NCBI RefSeq assembly: GCF_009914755.1
Contig: NC_060929.1
Strand: one strand, 5' to 3'
DNA length: 64,000 nucleotides
Source: the human T2T-CHM13v2.0 reference genome, Homo sapiens
In this document: positions 57,411 to 64,000 of the stretch, piece after piece
How the letters are laid out: every line of letters starts with the position of its first letter
Numbering within the stretch: the first letter of the stretch is position 1
Program-made: the position numbers and the translations under genes
The notes under the pieces: model-generated
What the model saw: only the letters and a program-made list of their open reading frames with translations
Database searches by the model: none
What the model was told of the DNA's origin: nothing

Positions 57411-57432
57411 GTGTCCAGCTTCATTATCTAGA

Positions 57433-57635
57433 TCAGCTGTGACCAATAGAACTTTTTGTGATGAGGGAAATGTTTTAGATCTGTGCTGCCCAATACAATA
57501 GCCATGGACCTTGTGTGGCTATTGATCATTTAAAATGTGGCTGGTGTGGCTACGAAACTGAATTTTAAATTTTAATTCATTTAACTTAGATTTAAGTAGA
57601 CACCAGAGTCCATTTCTGTCAAATTGGACAGAGCA
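57433..57635. mobile_element. MER3 hAT-Charlie MITE
   Basis: gctgtgaccaatagaactttttgtgatgagggaaatgtt..tgtggctattga..aaactgaattttaaattttaatt. Confidence 0.8.
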
Positions 57636-59429
57636 GACCCAGGTTATCCCTAAAAAGCTTCTCTACAGCGAAGCCTCATCTCTGTTATGAACATTTTAGC
57701 CAAACTAACATTTTGTAAGGCCTTTCATATCAAATTTTGTATCCTCCTTGTCACCTGAAATGTTGTTTTCCTAGGATTTTAATTCATTCAATTTAGGACT
57801 GCCCAAGTAAGCAGGGATTTTAGAGATGTCTTCAGAGACCAGAAGAATCAACTATCCCTACCATCACCAATTAGCTTTACACTGAGAAGATTTAGGTAAA
57901 GGGTAAGATGGACTCGTTCCTCCCTCTCATGTATTTCTACCCCAGTCCAAGGAGGTTTCCATTCTTTCCCTGGCTCTCACGCTAGCTGATTGCTCTGGGA
58001 CACTCTTCTCTTCGCCTGTGTTCCTCCTCCCTGCAAGAGAACTAAGACATCACACACATGCCCAAGACTGCTGTGAAGACTGGTCCACAAGCAATTACTA
58101 TTCACCTTGTTTGCTCCTTTTAGCAACTTGGTAAATAGCATACACAAGCTAGAGAATGATAATGTTGAATGGAAACATCTTCCTTCGATTTTTTACCAAG
58201 GAAATTTGATTGCTTAGTGGGACAAATGCTTTTGTGGTGGCTTTTATAAATGAACAGCTGGAGCCCTCATCTCAAAGTGACCAGGCATGTCTATTTCCTG
58301 ACTTATCCCTCTCCCAGTTGGCTCAGGATTGCATGCCATGTGCACCTTTGCAATTCATTGCAAAATCCAGAAACCATATTTTGCTATCGAATGTCACAAC
58401 CTTTTCTATTCCCTAGGTTTTCACTGGCAACCATCATCTGAAAGGACTAGCCAAGGTATTTTATTTTCTTCTAAGGCAAGCCATGTTTGTTGATCAAGGC
58501 TGCTTTAAAGCAAACATTAAGCAAATGAAGCTCATCCTCCACTATATTCATTTCATCTGCAGGAACCCCCAGTCCCATTAAATATCAATCTCCAAGACCC
58601 CAGATGCTTCCTACTGTCCAATCTCATTCTGAGACACACCTGACCAGACACATCACCCAACTTTAAATAGGTAGCTCACCATTTAGAAACCCTCACCAGT
58701 CTCTTGTTATCAAAACTGACCATTCCAGCCGGTAAGATCTTGCTAGATCAAGTAATCTAATAAAATATCATGCCCTGAGGTGTAAATCTAATATAATAAG
58801 AATGCACTCAGGTATAATAACCTTACAGAAATGATGCCTCAACTCATTTTATGGTTTAAATTTCACACCTTATATCAGAAAAGCAAATGCAGAATTATCC
58901 AATTCACCTTTCGAGAAATTGTTGACAGCCCATTTAAAAGTGGAGAGAGTAAACAGTAATACCAGATAGAAACCAAAGATCTTCTCAACCTGTGCAATAG
59001 GAATAATAGAATATGACTGATTTGAACTTTCAAATGATGAAAATCAAAAAGGTTCGCTCAAGTGTATTAACTAATTGCAAGCTTCAGAAGGTTTACTGGT
59101 ATCACAGAAAAAAGAGAAGAAAGTCTGTCCAAGCATATCACACTGACATTTCCTTTCTGAGAGCTATGAGCCCTAGACATTGCTTTTCAAAAGCATTTTT
59201 CTCCAGGGACACCACACTTGCCACTCTGCTTAGGGATTTACCCTGCCAGGGGCCTTCCCCTCTATGAATTCATTTAACCAAAATTTGTGGACAACATCAG
59301 TGACATGAATTTGCTTTGACTCTCTGTCACTTCTAAGAATTTTCAATATTTTTTTACTTTATTTGATTCAATTAATCCAAAGAGTATTCTTCAGTCTCAG
59401 CAAGTCTTGGACAAAAATGAGCATACATG

Positions 59430-60380
59430 AACATTTGGATATTTAATAGGTGTCCCAAATTAACATATGCAAGCCTGAGCTTGTGATCCTTATACGCCAC
59501 AAACGTACTCTTCCTAGTCTTTTCCATTGCAGAAATATGTCAAGTCCATTCTTTCATATGCGCAGATCAAAAACACAGGAATCATTCTGGACTTGTCTCT
59601 TCATCTCATACTCTACATTCAAGCCATAAGCAAAACCAGATTATTTGCAGAATCTGACTCCTGCCACCAATTCCACTGCTATCAACCTGGTCTAAGCCAC
59701 CATCATCTCTCACCTGGATTATTGCATAGCCCCCAAACTAACCTACCTGCCTTCTCCCTTGACCCTATTTGCAAAGAAAAAGCCGGAGTGATCATGTTTA
59801 AATGTTGACCAGCTGATACTACCTCAAGGTCTTTCATCGGCTTTCCATCTCAGAACAAAAGTAAAGGTTCTTATAGTAACCTGCCTTCTGCCCCAACTTC
59901 TCCAACCTCATCCTCTAGTACCCTGCCCCTCATTTACTCTGATTCAGACACCAAAATGGCCCACTTGCCATTCCTTGAACAAGCCAGGAATTCTCTGGCC
60001 TCTGAGCCTTTGAACTTGCTGTCTTCATTGTTCTACCATTCTCTCCCCGACCCCCGTATGTGTGATTCATCTTTTATCTCCTTCACCTTAGAATTTCATT
60101 AAGTATTACGTTCATAGTAAAGACTTCCCTGTATTTCCAATCTAAAATTGCAAGTCCCCCACCCCAGTCCCACACTTCCTATCCTTTTCCCTGCTTTATC
60201 TGTAGCATTTATCACTATGTGTCATGCCATGTGTTGCATTTTACATACCTTCTTTGTTGTATTTCTTCTCTGATTAAGCTCTATGAATGAAGGGGGTTTT
60301 GTCTGCTCTATTCTATTGCTGAAATTTCAGCCCCTAGAACAATGCTTGACGCATAGGTGCTTAACAAATATCAATTGAAC
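59430..60380 (+). mobile_element. L2 (L2a-like) 3' portion
   Basis: ccaccatcatctctcacctggattattgc.. and tail cctagaacaatgcttgacgcataggtgcttaacaaatat. Confidence 0.85.
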
Positions 60381-60793
60381 TAGAAAAACATTAACGTATA
60401 TACAAATTTTGTGAGCTTGCAATTTCCTCCTGCATTATTTTAGGACCTCAGTTTACAGTTTGAGGTTCCCTCTTCCCTCTCCAGCAGTTCCTGCAGACAT
60501 CTAACATGAATAGGTACATTCTTGCCACAGCTGCCCTGTCTCCCCCGCTCTGCTCTAGCTTCTCCTCCATCACCATGACTGGACCTACCCTGTGCCTCCA
60601 CTGCTCACCTTGATGCTCTTGATGCTCCCACTCCCATGGACCCTCCTGACAGTCCACAGTCTCTGGTCACCACCACAGGCCTGGGCTGCTGCTGCTAAGG
60701 CCACCCTGGTGTTAAGGCCCTTCTCTACCCTTAACACTTATAGCCCCAGTATGGCCACAGCATTTTTCTTAATTTTTTGGGCAACTTCTTCAC

Positions 60794-63578
<2,785 letters not shown>

Positions 63579-63583
63579 TTCAC

Positions 63584-63780
63584 TTACTAGTATAATCAGA
63601 AACAAATTATTTAAACTCTCTATCCTTCATTAGTCTCATCAGTTAAATGCATATAGTATATATCTCATTGCATTGTTAGACAATTATAACTAATATATTC
63701 AAAGCACTGAATACTGTCTGCTAGAGAAGTGCTCAATAAATACCAACTATACTCACAATCATCATTATTACTATTATTAT
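63584..63780 (+). mobile_element. MIR
   Basis: cacttactag..ttatttaaactctct..ctcatcagttaaatg..aaagcactga..gtgctcaataaata. Confidence 0.7.
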
Positions 63781-64000
63781 CCCTTGGAACAACTCTCCTG
63801 GGAACCCACAGTCTCAGGCTGTCCTGTGACAAAGGAACATAGCATATCTACAATGCAGGAGCACCCCGAGTCATATCTGGGCACTTATGGGTCCAAGCTC
63901 AGAAGAGTGAGGCTCATGGGAAGGCAAGATCTTCCAGATCTAAGGTCCACCTTCCTCTCCAGGCCCTGACTCCTCCCCAGAGGAGCAGCAGTGTACCACT

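Noticed and set aside
60448-60790. Pyrimidine-rich segment with ORFs on both strands, one looking like a signal peptide (MPPLLTLMLLMLPLPW...)
   Set aside because: Low-complexity C/T bias explains the Leu/Pro richness, the start is not ATG, and the frame runs into the MST LTR.

Overview
Primate (human-like) AT-rich non-coding euchromatin, not microbial DNA. The window is dominated by transposable elements: about 11 Alus (J, S and Y), old L1M fragments and two 5'-truncated L1PA 3' ends, L2 and MIR relics, hAT-Charlie MITEs (MER5, MER1A, MER3), a near full-length Tigger1, two ERV9/LTR12 solo LTRs facing each other, two THE1 solo LTRs, a complete MST-type MaLR provirus, and a deleted ERV1 provirus (MER83/MER84-like) with a tRNA-Phe PBS and a 123-codon env-TM remnant. 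I recognise no conventional protein-coding gene; nearly all ORFs in the track are repeat-derived or random. The most interesting signal is an inferred chain of minus-strand exons with strong splice sites (57.3, 50.5, 44.1, 28.0, 16.2/16.1, 2.7 and 0.6 kb). Three co-oriented LTRs could feed into it as alternative promoters: two THE1s with intact DUX4 motifs and splice donors, and one LTR12C. The second LTR12 points antisense to it. This locus model is a hypothesis from sequence alone. Repeat subfamily names come from memory of consensus sequences, and boundaries of old repeats are approximate.
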